Shown: piece after piece, positions 51,801 to 63,055 of the stretch
Layout of the letters: each line of letters opens with the position of its first letter
Position numbering within the stretch: the first letter of the stretch is position 1
Assembly: GCA_051294905.1 (NCBI GenBank)
Contig: CM119379.1
Span: 20,026,001 to 20,090,000 of the forward strand
Source: Botryllus schlosseri
Taxonomy: Eukaryota
Reading direction: 5' to 3'
Length of the DNA stretch: 64,000 bases
Position numbers and translations under genes: made by a program
The notes under the pieces: model-generated
What the model saw: the letters and a program-made list of their open reading frames with translations, nothing else
The model's database searches: none
What the model was told of the DNA's origin: nothing

Positions 51801-54440
51801 TGCGACAGCGTGGACCTCGATTGGTCGTATCACAGAATACTAAACATGTAGTACAAAGCTACAAATATTATTGGAAATGACATTTCTGTGAAGTCGAGAT
51901 CAACCCACAGCCTTGTTAAAAGGTCAAATTAAATAGGAATGGTAGAAAAAATACCAAGTAAGTTTTCAGATGATGTACAACGAGCAGTATATTCTCTGTG
52001 GTTGCATGAAACGTACATGTTTGAGCTTTCCATATCATTCATTCTGTTGTGGAGTTATGAGTGGAACCCTAATACTCGATTGAGAATCGAGTCAGTCAGG
52101 TGCCCGATCTTGTCCAGCGCTAATCAGGGCACTCTGTGGACCAGCAATTGAATATTTAAATGGGAAATTATGGCACTGTTTAAAAGAGACACCAAATTAT
52201 ACTCGAGCTGATTGTACAGTTTGTATTAGAAATTTAAGTCAAACATCAGCCTGATCGCGATTATCGACCTTCTGACGATTAGTACAATTGAGTCATTGAC
52301 ACATTCTAATAACAACAGGATGTTTAGGATATTATTTCATATTGGACTAATGGTATGTGCACAAGAATTAGCTCTGAACCAACTATAGTCAACAAACTGT
52401 TATTTTGTTTGAAGATGCAGTCTCATCACATCATATTCACTCTTGATAGGTGAAGTCATAGTCGCACAGAAATGCATTTTACTACATGCCATTAACATCA
52501 ATTCGCCAACCAACACAATAGGTTCTCACGTCACATCTAGTTCTCATATCATGGCAATTGCTTACTAATGACAAAGGCATTGCTACATTTCACAATTACC
52601 GATCACAAAGCATTGTTGGAGTAACGATTGTGTCTAAGATAGAATTACAATTTACAAGCATACAGTATCCCAATGTTCAATTTAGCACACCGATTAATAA
52701 AACTAAAACGAAATTTGCTTACAATTATTGTGGCTGTGGGAATACGGCTTCAGAGCTTAATGGCAAAAATATGTTGATTTACTGAACATGAACCTATATT
52801 GATTGTCTAATAAAGAGAAGAAAAGGTGTTTGCTGAGATGATCATTGGCACGCCGGGCTAAAAACAAATACATGAAGTGCAAAATTGTCTGGCAATTATT
52901 GCTGATACATTTCCAATGAACTTTCGGTTATGGCGCATACCCACAATAATTGCAGTAATAGCCTATGCACGACATACCTGGCATACCCTGGTGCGCCGTG
53001 AGTGTCACTCAAATGAGCATAGTAGTTATATACACAATAAGTTTACCACTGCAGACGGAAGTAGGAAAATGTGTTTACCTCAAACCCATTCCCGTAAATG
53101 AATTAATCGATTTTGGTGTCAGTTTCGATGGATACTCAGTTCCTTCAGGAAGACATCTCACCATATCCCATAACGTTACTAGGCAAGGCTTCGAATACGC
53201 ACCATAATATGTGTCACATCCAGAAGGATACTCTGGTGTACAAAAAGTAATCACAGAAGCAATATAATGATGTATTAGTAATATTACTCTCACCGATTCC
53301 AAAACACCGCATTTGGCTAGTCCTATTTCCCGAGTCTGCCGACGACTTTGTTACATTGAATTCGTTTATAATTTGCCTAGTAAAATTTATATATTCATAA
53401 TAAGGACATTGAAAAACAAATATTAATCTGTACCTGAGATTCATGGCATCATGCCGTGCCAATTCACTAGAAGAGATTTTTACAGGGTGTGCGTTCCCTT
53501 CAGATATACAATGTGCATAGTTCCACAGTGTTTCAAGACATTTCAGAGGGTGTGGTCCATAGTATTTTGTACATTTATTGGGGTACTCTAAAATCAAAAA
53601 AGACACAGAATACAGAACAAGTCTGAATGGCAATTTCTTCATTACCCATTCCAAAACAGTAGGTTTGATTGACAAGACTTCCACTATCAGCAGATAATGC
53701 GGTATCATTGAAAAATTGAGATATGTTTCTGAAATATATATATAAAACTCTATATGCGCCAAAATAATGCTGACTAGAACAGCACCCAATACCTGATTGT
53801 CCACGTATCCAGTTGATTCAGACGCGTTTTAGATAGCTTTTCAGGATACTTATATCCTTGCTCAACACAAGTTGCAGATATCCACATTGTCACCAAACAT
53901 TGCATTGGATGCGGACCATAATAATTTGTACAACCATCAGGATAAACTTGAAGAAAAGACTAATATTAGATGAGAAGTCGATATGCTATTAGCAAGAAAT
54001 TACCAAGTCCAAAGCAATCCACTTGACTTTTTCTGTTACCACTGTCAGCTGTATTCCTTGTCGTACTGGTCTCATTGATTACTTGCCTAAAGGACATATA
54101 CTGTATTGAATATTTCTACCTCATAAAACAGAGTGACCTCTCACCTCAAGTTTAGGCTATCAATACGTGTATGTTCTAGAGCAGGAAGTTTGGAAGGATA
54201 ACGGGCTCCTTCGGCCAAACACTCAGCAGTGGACCATATAGTCTCCAGGCATCCTGTCGGGTGAGGACCATAATACTTTTCACATTCATCAGGAAACACT
54301 GCAATAAATTGCTGATGAAACGAATATCGTTGTTGATTATTAATTCAAAATACTGACCAAGTCCATAACACTCTTGTTGATGCGTTACATCTCCGTTGTT
54401 GGCCTCATACGCAGAATTATTGAAAAGATCACCCAATGCT
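39816..54440 (-). CDS. Block II: 22 repeat units (five tetramers plus E and T). Either a continuation of block I across a 4.6-kb intron or a separate paralogue.
   Basis: A exons from 39816 (VYPVNCTTYYGPNPVNC...) to ~54145 (VFPDECEKYYGPHPTGC...), with a leading B exon ending at 54440. Same splice phases as block I. Confidence 0.85.
42386..43139. mobile_element. hAT (Charlie-like) MITE with a deleted left tip
   Basis: Right end GGGGTCCGCGGACGCCCGGTTGAGAATCAATG. Left end AACCTTATTGGCTTCGTGGTCCCC...CGCGGACCCCC. Flanks share CAATAGA. Confidence 0.65.
43966..44619. mobile_element. hAT-like MITE (654 bp)
   Basis: TIRs CAGGGGTATCAAAC / GTTTGACACCCCGG. Perfect 8-bp TSD GTGTAAAT (43958-43965, 44620-44627). 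Confidence 0.85.
46367..47472. mobile_element. MITE-like element with CCATAC subterminal repeats
   Basis: Inverted ends CATGGTATGGTATGGAA / TTCCATACCATACCATG. Outer tips degenerate; no TSD found. Confidence 0.55.
51647..52122. mobile_element. Degenerate MITE-like element; related sequence at ~59050-59120 and ~11590-11670
   Basis: Shared CAGGTACTCGAAT / ATCGAGTACCTG motif and weak inverted ends. Boundaries approximate. Confidence 0.35.
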
Positions 54441-55883
54441 CTAAATGAATTAGTCAATATTGTTACAGTCGAATAGAATTACAGATTGGAAAACATTAAC
54501 AAGACACATGTAAATCAGATAACATGACGAGGTAAATTTTCAAAATGTGTTGGATTTTACAAATAATAACGTAATTATAACAGTAAACAGTAAAAATATC
54601 AAAACATTCATTAAAATTGAGGAGCCGTTGATTGTGCATTTAGGTCACTCTTCAAAAAGAGCATCACGTTGTAGACGATCCAACAGTCAATAATCTTTGA
54701 ACTTGTTGAATGTCTTTTGAATCAAAATCTTTGGTCTTTAGTCTTCCAGTTGAGAAGTAATTGCCTCCATACTTCAGCATCCGGATCCCTATGCTCATGC
54801 TCAGTTTGAGGAGCAGAATATATCTAACCGTGCAAAGCCTGACTAGGTACAGCCTTTATTTTCACATATCTAACTGATGACTAAGCAGCTCGAGATCTTC
54901 AATTTGCCCCTATATCTGCTGCCACCATGGCTGAGAAAAAGGCAGCACCTGACTGATTCGATTGTGAGTCCAATATGAAGCAAAATCGAGACTTATAGCA
55001 GAGATATCCCTGACTTTTAGTAGGTCTTTCTATACATTACGAATACACAGACACTATTCCAAAAGAAACTTTGTATTTGTTCACTATAACTACGTAACTA
55101 CGCATTGTTACAACGTCACGAATCCATCATTACTTGCAAGAAATGAAATTTTCAGGAATACACGTAGCCTTTCCAACACGCTTTGGTTTCTATGATATAT
55201 ACTTCATTCCTCCAATGGGGAGAAGAAAGAATCGAAACAAGAATTCTTGTATATAAAATAATTCCTATCCAAGAGCACAAAGATTCGCATTAACATTTTT
55301 CTGCACTCATGTTGCATTTATAAATGTACAATGCTGTAAAATATAAGCCAGTGGTTCTAAATCTGTCTTTCCAAGTATCCAAGTGAAAATTTCTGCATCT
55401 TCAATAGGATATCGATGGGTTCATGATATCACTATTGAATCTTAATCGCCGGAGTCTCGGTATATAATACATACTCTCTACTGATTGATTCCTCTACTTT
55501 TTCTAAATGAGTCCCAGCTCTGCCAAGAATTCATTGGGTTTTTTACTCGATATTAGATTTAACTGGTAGTTATTTGCTTAACTATATATGCTATGAAGCT
55601 CGCACATAGTAAAAGGCCGACATGGGCATTGCACGATCCACCGGGCCAAATGATGCTATGAACCTATATGATATACATGAAATAAACAAGAGTTTCAATG
55701 CAACTCTAAGTATTGTAACTTGAAGAAATGAAAATTTAATCCAGAATTTCATAGAAACTTTTACCGAGGCACATGTTAAATATATACCAATATACTAATC
55801 AACTCTATTCAACGTCGAACGAGGATTTTTTTTTAGATACAAGACCAAAAATGACCAATTTATAAAACATAAAAATAGCTCAC

Positions 55884-58800
55884 CTCAAACCCATTCCTGT
55901 AAACACGTCGACTGAGGTTGGAGTCAGCTTTGGTGGATATTTAGTTCCTTCTGGAACGCACCCAACACTTTCCCATAGTGTGATAAGACATGGGATCGAA
56001 TAGGCACCATAATATGTTTCACATCCAGATGGATATTCTAACAGAAGAATACTAATAAATAAATTCACCACTATATTTGAACTGAGTGTGTCTCACCAAG
56101 TCCAAAGCAACGCAATTGACTAGTTCTGTTCCCAGAATCAGCAGAAGATTTGGTACTGTTGAATTCATTGATAATTTCTCTGAGACGACGAATGACAATT
56201 ATACAAGAAAATACCTAGGCTTATTCACAATACAATTTACCAACCGAAGATTCATTGAATCATGTCTTGTCAATTCACCGGAAGGAATTTTTGTTGGATA
56301 AGCATTCCCTTCCCGTATACAATGAGCATAATCCCAGAGCGTTTCCAGACATTTCAAAGGATGCGGACCATAGTATTTTGTACAGTGCGTTGGGTATTCT
56401 TAATATATAAAGACTTGAAAAAAAACCTATAACATCCACAAACAGATCCGAGTATTACCCATGCCAAAGCAATATGTTTGACTCACAAGGCTTCCAGAAT
56501 CAGCAGATAATGCAGTTGCATTGAAGGACGCAGATATTTGTCTGTTATATGTGTAACTGAAGTAAACAATAAGTGTTCAAAATTAAGATCTAACCTGATG
56601 TTCCACGTATCAAGTTCCTTCAGCCGTGAATTCGATAGTTTTCTAGGATATTTGTATCCTTGGCTAACACAAGTGGCCGTTGTCCATATAGTAACCATAC
56701 AATCAACAGGGTGAGGACCATAATATTTGATACAATCCTCTGGATAGACTGAAAAGGAAGATGTTGAAATAGTATAAAAAAAACATGCCGCAGTGAAACA
56801 GCGGTTACCAAGACCGAAGCATTCCATCTGACTTCTACTATTTCCACTATCTGATAACCGTCTTGTGGTATTAGTTTCTCCAATCACCTGCCTAATATGT
56901 AACAGCATATATTGAGTTTACAAAACGTAATTTACAAAGTAATATTAATCTACCTTAGATTGAGATTGTCAATACGAGCGTGTTCGGTGGAGTCTAATTT
57001 AGATGGAAATCCTGTCCCCTCAGGAAGACACTCGGCTGTATTCCATATAGTCTCCAAACAAGTGGTAGGATGTGGACCATAATACTTCTTACAATCATCA
57101 GGATATTCTGCAGCAAAAAACTCGTGCACATATATTACAAAAAAAATAATGAATACATACACATACCCATTCCAAAGCACTTCATTTGATGAGACACATC
57201 TCCATCATCAGCAGAGATAGCAGAGTTATTGAATAAAGCAATAACAGGTCTATAATACAAAAGTTTTTAAGCGCTATGCTTTAATATTAATTCAATAGTC
57301 AATTGGTTATCATCTATCGTCGGACCTTTAGGACCATTTATATCACCTAATGTTCGGGTTGGTAGTACAAATTTACTCACACTGAGACATGAAATAAGCC
57401 AACCCAGACTATGATGGTTGAAGTTTGACTTATTGAATCTAATAGTATGTATATCGATGATGTGTCACTGAACTAAAAAGCATTTCTGCCACTCAAATCA
57501 GCTGTCATCATCTTGATCTACCACTCGTTAATTAAACAAGCGACAAGGTTTATGATGCCTAAAAGAGTCAAATTATGTGTTTACCTTAAACCCATTCCGG
57601 TGAACGCATCAATAGCTTTCGGTTTCAGTTTTGGTGGATACTCAGTTCCTTCCGGAAGGCATCTGACACTATCCCATAGTGTGATAAGACAAGGGTTAGA
57701 ATAGCCTCCATAATATGCATCACACCCGGGAGGATATTCTAACACGAAAAATATTGGTAAATATATTCACTACCATACGTAAACTGAATAGGTCTCACCG
57801 AGTCCAAAGCAACGCAATTGGCTAGTTCTGTTCCCAGAATCAGCAGAAGATTTAGTACCGTTGAATTCATTGATGATTTCCCTGAGACAACAAATGACGA
57901 TTATACAAGAAAATACTTGGCCTTATTCACAAAACAATTTACGAACCGAAGATTCATTGAATCGTGTCTTGTCAATTCACTGGAAGGAATTTTTGTCGGA
58001 TAAGCATTCCCCTCCGGTATACAATGAGCATAGTCCCAGAGCGTTTCAAGACATTCCAAAGGATGCGGACCATAGTATTTGGTACAGTGCGTTGGATATT
58101 CTTAATATTAAGACTTGAAAATATCCTTCATCATATCATAACAGATCCGAGTATTACCCATGCCAAAGCAGTATGTTTGACTCACAAGGCTTCCAGAATC
58201 AGCCGATAATGCAGTTGTATTGAAGAACGCAGATATTTGTCTGTTATGAGTGCACACTTAGGCAAGTGATCACTTATCAAAATTAGAATCTCACCTAATG
58301 TTCCATGTATCAAGTTCCTTCAGCCGTGAATTCAATAGTTTTCTAGGATATTTGTATCCTTGGCTTACACAAGTGGCAGTTGTCCACATCGTAACCAGAC
58401 AATCAACAGGATGAGGACCATAATACTTGATACAATCCTTTGGATAGACTAAAATGAAAAATGTAATATTAATAAAAGAAATCATTCTAAAGTGAAATGG
58501 CAGATACCAAGACCGAAACATTCCATCTGACTCTGACTATCTCCACTGTCCGATAATCGTCTCGTGTGATTAGTTTCACCAATCACCTGCCTGATGTGTG
58601 ATGACATATATTGAGGATTAAAAAACATAATTTGCAAAATATGATCAATGTCACCTTAGATTTAGATTGTCTATACGAGCGTGTTCGGTAGAGTTTAATT
58701 TAGATGGAAATCGTGTTCCCTCAGGAAGGCACTCAGCAGTTCCCCATATAGTCTCCAAACAAGGCGTAGGATGTGGACCATAATATTTCTTACAATTATC

Positions 58801-60874
58801 AGGATATTCTTCAACAAAAAACTCAAAATCAAACATTGCAACAAATTACAGAACACATATACACACCCATTCCAAAGCACTTCATTTGATGAGACACATC
58901 TCCATTATCGGCAGAGACTGCAGAGTTATTGAATAGAGTAATAACAGGTCTATAAAACAATATCACAGACTTCAAAGTACAATGTTATGTAAATATTTCC
59001 GTAATTAGTAAGTTGGTGTCCGAATATTGTCCGAGTATTGTGTACCGGTTAGGGTCGCGAACAAGGATTCAGGTACTTGAATCGGCATCGAGTATTTATT
59101 CCTATGATTCGAGTTGATTTTTTAGTACTGAAATGTTAGACTTATTGCCATACGGAATTAATTTATCAACTAGAACTGTTGTGTCAATACTACATTCTAC
59201 TGTGAAACAACGTGGACCTCGATTGGTCATATCACAGTATACCAAACATGTTGTACAAAGCTACACACATCATCGGAAATGACATTTCTGTTAAGTCGTG
59301 ATAAACCCACAGTGGTGTTACAAAGTCAAATTTAATAGGAATGGTCGAAAAATATCAAGTTAGTTTTCATAAGATGTAGAACGAGCAGTATATTCTCTGT
59401 GTTTGCATAAAATGTACATATTTGAGATTTCTACATCGTTCATGTGAAATTATGGCACTATGTAAAAGAGAAGCCACATTATGCTTTTCATTATTATTTA
59501 TTTACCGTAATCCTAGTCCGGTGAAAGAATCGATTGCACTTTTCGCCAACTTGGACGGATATTCAGTTCCATCAGCTACACACCCAACACTATCCCATAG
59601 TGTAAGAAGGCAAGTCTCAGAATATGCTCCATAGTAAGTATCACAGCCTCCCGGATACTCTATTCGAGAAATTGTATATAATAGGGATAGTCTTCTACTA
59701 GAACTGTTCCTCACCAAGCCCAAAGCAGCTCATCTGGCTTGCTGCAACGCCAGCATCTGCCGAGGTCTTCGTCCCATTAAATTCAGAAATGATTTGTCTG
59801 AGGTAAACATTTTAGTTTTCATGAAAAAGTACCCTGTCAAGTTGAAAAATACCTGATGTCCATTAGTTCAAGTCTTGAGCGTTCAGCAGTTGAAATCATT
59901 GCAGGATAGGATTTTCCATCAGTAGTGCAATGAGCATAATCCCAGAGTGTTTTAAGGCATTCCAAAGAATGTGGACCATAATATTTTACGCATTTTGAAG
60001 GATATTCTGAAATCAAAACTCACTACAGGACAGCGATAAGCTAGTTTAAATATTTTATACATTACCCAATCCATAGCAGTAAGTTTGATTTACAAGACTT
60101 CCACTATCAGCAGACAGTGCGGTCCCATTGAAATAACCTGATATCTGTCTAAATAAGAAACTATAAATCATTACCAAATTCAAGATCCAAGCACACGACT
60201 GAAAACCAAAACCTGAGGTTCCACGAATCCAGTTCTTTCAATCTTGCAGTAGAGAGTTTTTCAGGATATTTATATCCTTGTAGAACACAAGTTGCAGATA
60301 ACCACATTGTTACCAAGCATTCAACTGGATGGGGCCCATAGTAATTTGTACATTTATCAGGATACACTTTAAAAGAAGGATATTTAATAAACAAACTTCA
60401 TCACTGATTGCTCTAAGACTTACCCAGACCAAAACAGTCAATCTGACTTTTTTTATTACCTAAATCGGACGCACTCCTTGTGGTGCCAGTTTCATTCATT
60501 ACTTGTCTGGTAGAAATATACAAGAAAAGTAAAATGCATATGACAGACATTTACCAATCAGGGTAGCAATTACACACCTCAAATTTAGTTTATCGATGCG
60601 TGTATGATCCGCAGCAGAAAGCTTGGTAGGATGGCGTCTACCATTAAGCAAACATTTTGCGGAGGCCCATATTGTCTCAAGGCACTCTGTCGAATGCGGG
60701 CCATAATACTTTACACATAGGTCAGGAAACTCTGTGGAAAATTTCCATTAAAACAAATATCAATCGAAATAACTTGAGTACTGACACTAACCGAGCCCAT
60801 AGCATTGCAGTTGGTGAGATACATGTCCATTATTGGCTTCAGAAGCTGAATTGTTGAATTGAACACTCAATGTC
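55884..60874 (-). CDS. Block III: 12 repeat units (three E-T-H-G tetramers) plus a leading B exon. Upstream exon not found.
   Basis: Example exons: T 58295-58448 (154 nt) and B 58158-58240 (83 nt), separated by a 54-nt intron. Leading B exon RTLSVQFNNSASEANNG ends at 60874. Confidence 0.85.
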
Positions 60875-61925
60875 CTGCAAAAAAGTTGTAGTAAGAAGTC
60901 GTCATTATAGTATCTAGTCACACAAAATTGACGCAACAATATTCCAATTAGGCAAGTATCAGCAAAATACAGGAAAGTGAGAGTTAAAAGGTATCATGCA
61001 GCTTGTAATTTCATCTTCTTCTGTTTTTGAGCCTTTTATTTGAAATGCTTCTGAAAATTAGCAATTCTTCTCAACAGCTTGCTCAATTTCATGTGAATGT
61101 AAGATGCATTTATCGTCAATAGAGCTAAATACAGTTTGATCAGAAATGAAGCACGCACGGACTATCATTCAAAGTGCTAAATCGAAAAAATTACATATCC
61201 AGTTTTACGAATACATAAGATTACGGTACTGCATCAAGTCTACAGCAAAATTCCAGCTAACAGTCAATGCCATGAAAGATCATTCAAAATGATTCGCTTT
61301 CTAGATTGTTGCTCTTTTCATTGCAGGATCTAAAATCACAAACAAATTCCAAAGTTTAATTTTGTTCAATAGCATTTGAAATAATCCTTTACATTCAATA
61401 GATTTGGTGAAGGTAAAACCGATACGCATCAATAGGCATACCGCTGAAATTTTTTTTCGTTAGCAGCATTTGCAATGTATAGGCCTAAGCATGTGCATAT
61501 ACTGGTGTGAGCTATTATATTATTCCTGAAAAAATATAAAATGAAAGCGTATTCGAGTAAGCTTCTTGGAGGTACAGAACCTGAATATTTTTGGCTTCCA
61601 CTCATTAAGGCTAATCTTAACCAACTAGTGGAAAATAGGAAAGAATATTGTGAAGCAACAATAGTACCGGTATCACAAAATATTTCTCTATGAAATATTG
61701 CTAACAAAGAAAGGTGGCACATCAATTTCCCAGGTTGCAATTCCGGTACGTTTACAGTAATATATTTGGTGTGTCAAGACGGTTCTCAGCGTCACACCTG
61801 TGTGTAGACAGTACACTACAAAAAATAATGAGACGATTTTGGTCTTATTGTCTTAAAGTGACTTTTTATGAAAAAATGTCTTAAAGACCAATCGGTCTTA
61901 AAGACTAATCGGTCTTAACAAGAAT

Positions 61926-62039
61926 TTTTCGTCTCAAAATTAAGATCGAAATTGCTTGAAAATAAGACTTTTTTTTATAAAAAGTAAATTTACGAGTTTT
62001 CGTCTCAAAATTAAGATCGAAATTGCTTGAAAATAAGAC
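61926..62039. repeat. 43-bp direct repeat, two copies (61926-61968, 61997-62039), inside the CACTA element
   Basis: TTTTCGTCTCAAAATTAAGATCGAAATTGCTTGAAAATAAGAC occurs twice. Confidence 0.9.
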
Positions 62040-62682
62040 CGTTGTCGCTTAAAATCAAGAGACAAATTACATCAAAATACTCCGAGTGCTTTGGGGGTAT
62101 TCACATGTCAGTGTTAGGCTCTGCATGAAGGGAAGCCTAACATACCTGGATTTGCAATTCATTAGATAGGCCTACCTATTACATAACATTATCATTGTAC
62201 ATTCCACTTACCACTTTGTATACAATCCTCAAAACAATATATAGTTGAATTAGAGTATATAATAGTATTTGTGGTGGGTGCGACATGCCACCACCATTGT
62301 GTCAGTGAAAAGTGACAAGGTACAGTACTTTGAATTCTTGTTCTGGCGCAAATGCATTCTGCATTTGACTTATTTGAAGTGTGACATGTGACCAGCGAGA
62401 AATGGACAAACATGGCACCACCAAATACGTTTTGGCTCTCTGCTCTCAAGCCACCGCTAGATTGTATTTGCAATGACCTTTGATGGATCAAAATTTGTCA
62501 AAGAAAGCTAATTATGTCTTGTGCTCCTGGCTCATGACAGTTTACCATTCTGATTTATAAGACCATGGACCATGATGTTTCTTGATTAGCAAAATTTGTC
62601 TTAAAAACAAGACCAGAAAAACTGATACATCAAAAACTGTCCAAATAAGCACAATGTGTCTTTTAAGAAGTGTTTATTGATC

Positions 62683-63055
62683 TCAGTCTTAAGACCGAAT
62701 AATCTTGACAATTGAATATGGTCTTCAAAAGCTGAATCAGTCTTAATTTTAAGACCGAATAATCTTGACAATTCAATATGGCCTTAAAAAGTTTGATCAG
62801 TCCTAATTTTAAGACAGAATAATCTTGACAATTCAATATGGTTTTATAAAGCTGAATCAGTCTTAATTTTAAGACAGAATAATCTTGACAATTCAATATG
62901 GTCTTAAAAAGTTTGATCAGTCTTAATTTTAAGACAGAATAATCTTGACAATTCAATATGGTCTTATAAAGCTGAATCAGTCTTAATTTTAAGACCGAAT
63001 AATCTCTACAATTTAAAATGGTCTTGAAAAGCTGAATCAGTCTCAATTTTAAGAC
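62683..63055. repeat. 60-bp tandem repeat, ~6 copies, inside the CACTA element
   Basis: Successive 60-nt lines start AATCTTGACAATT. Units largely alternate GCTGAATCAG / GTTTGATCAG, and each holds the near-palindrome GTCTTAATTTTAAGAC. Confidence 0.95.

Noticed and set aside
54921-54957. Perfect Kozak GCCACCATGG on the plus strand
   Set aside because: It opens only MAEKKAAPD* and has no supporting context; likely chance.
8489-60874. Regular repeat-spacer look of the array, superficially CRISPR-like
   Set aside because: The repeats are protein-coding exons with splice sites and synonymous variation, the spacers are GT-AG introns, and there are no cas genes.
60930-61030. Hydrophobic frame upstream of the first B exon as a signal-peptide exon
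   Set aside because: An in-frame TGA follows six codons after the ATG (MKLQAA*YLLTLTFL); no intact phase-2 start exon was found.
62663-63046. 127-aa ORF with a 20-aa periodicity
   Set aside because: It is a translation of the 60-bp tandem repeat inside the CACTA element, with a non-ATG start.
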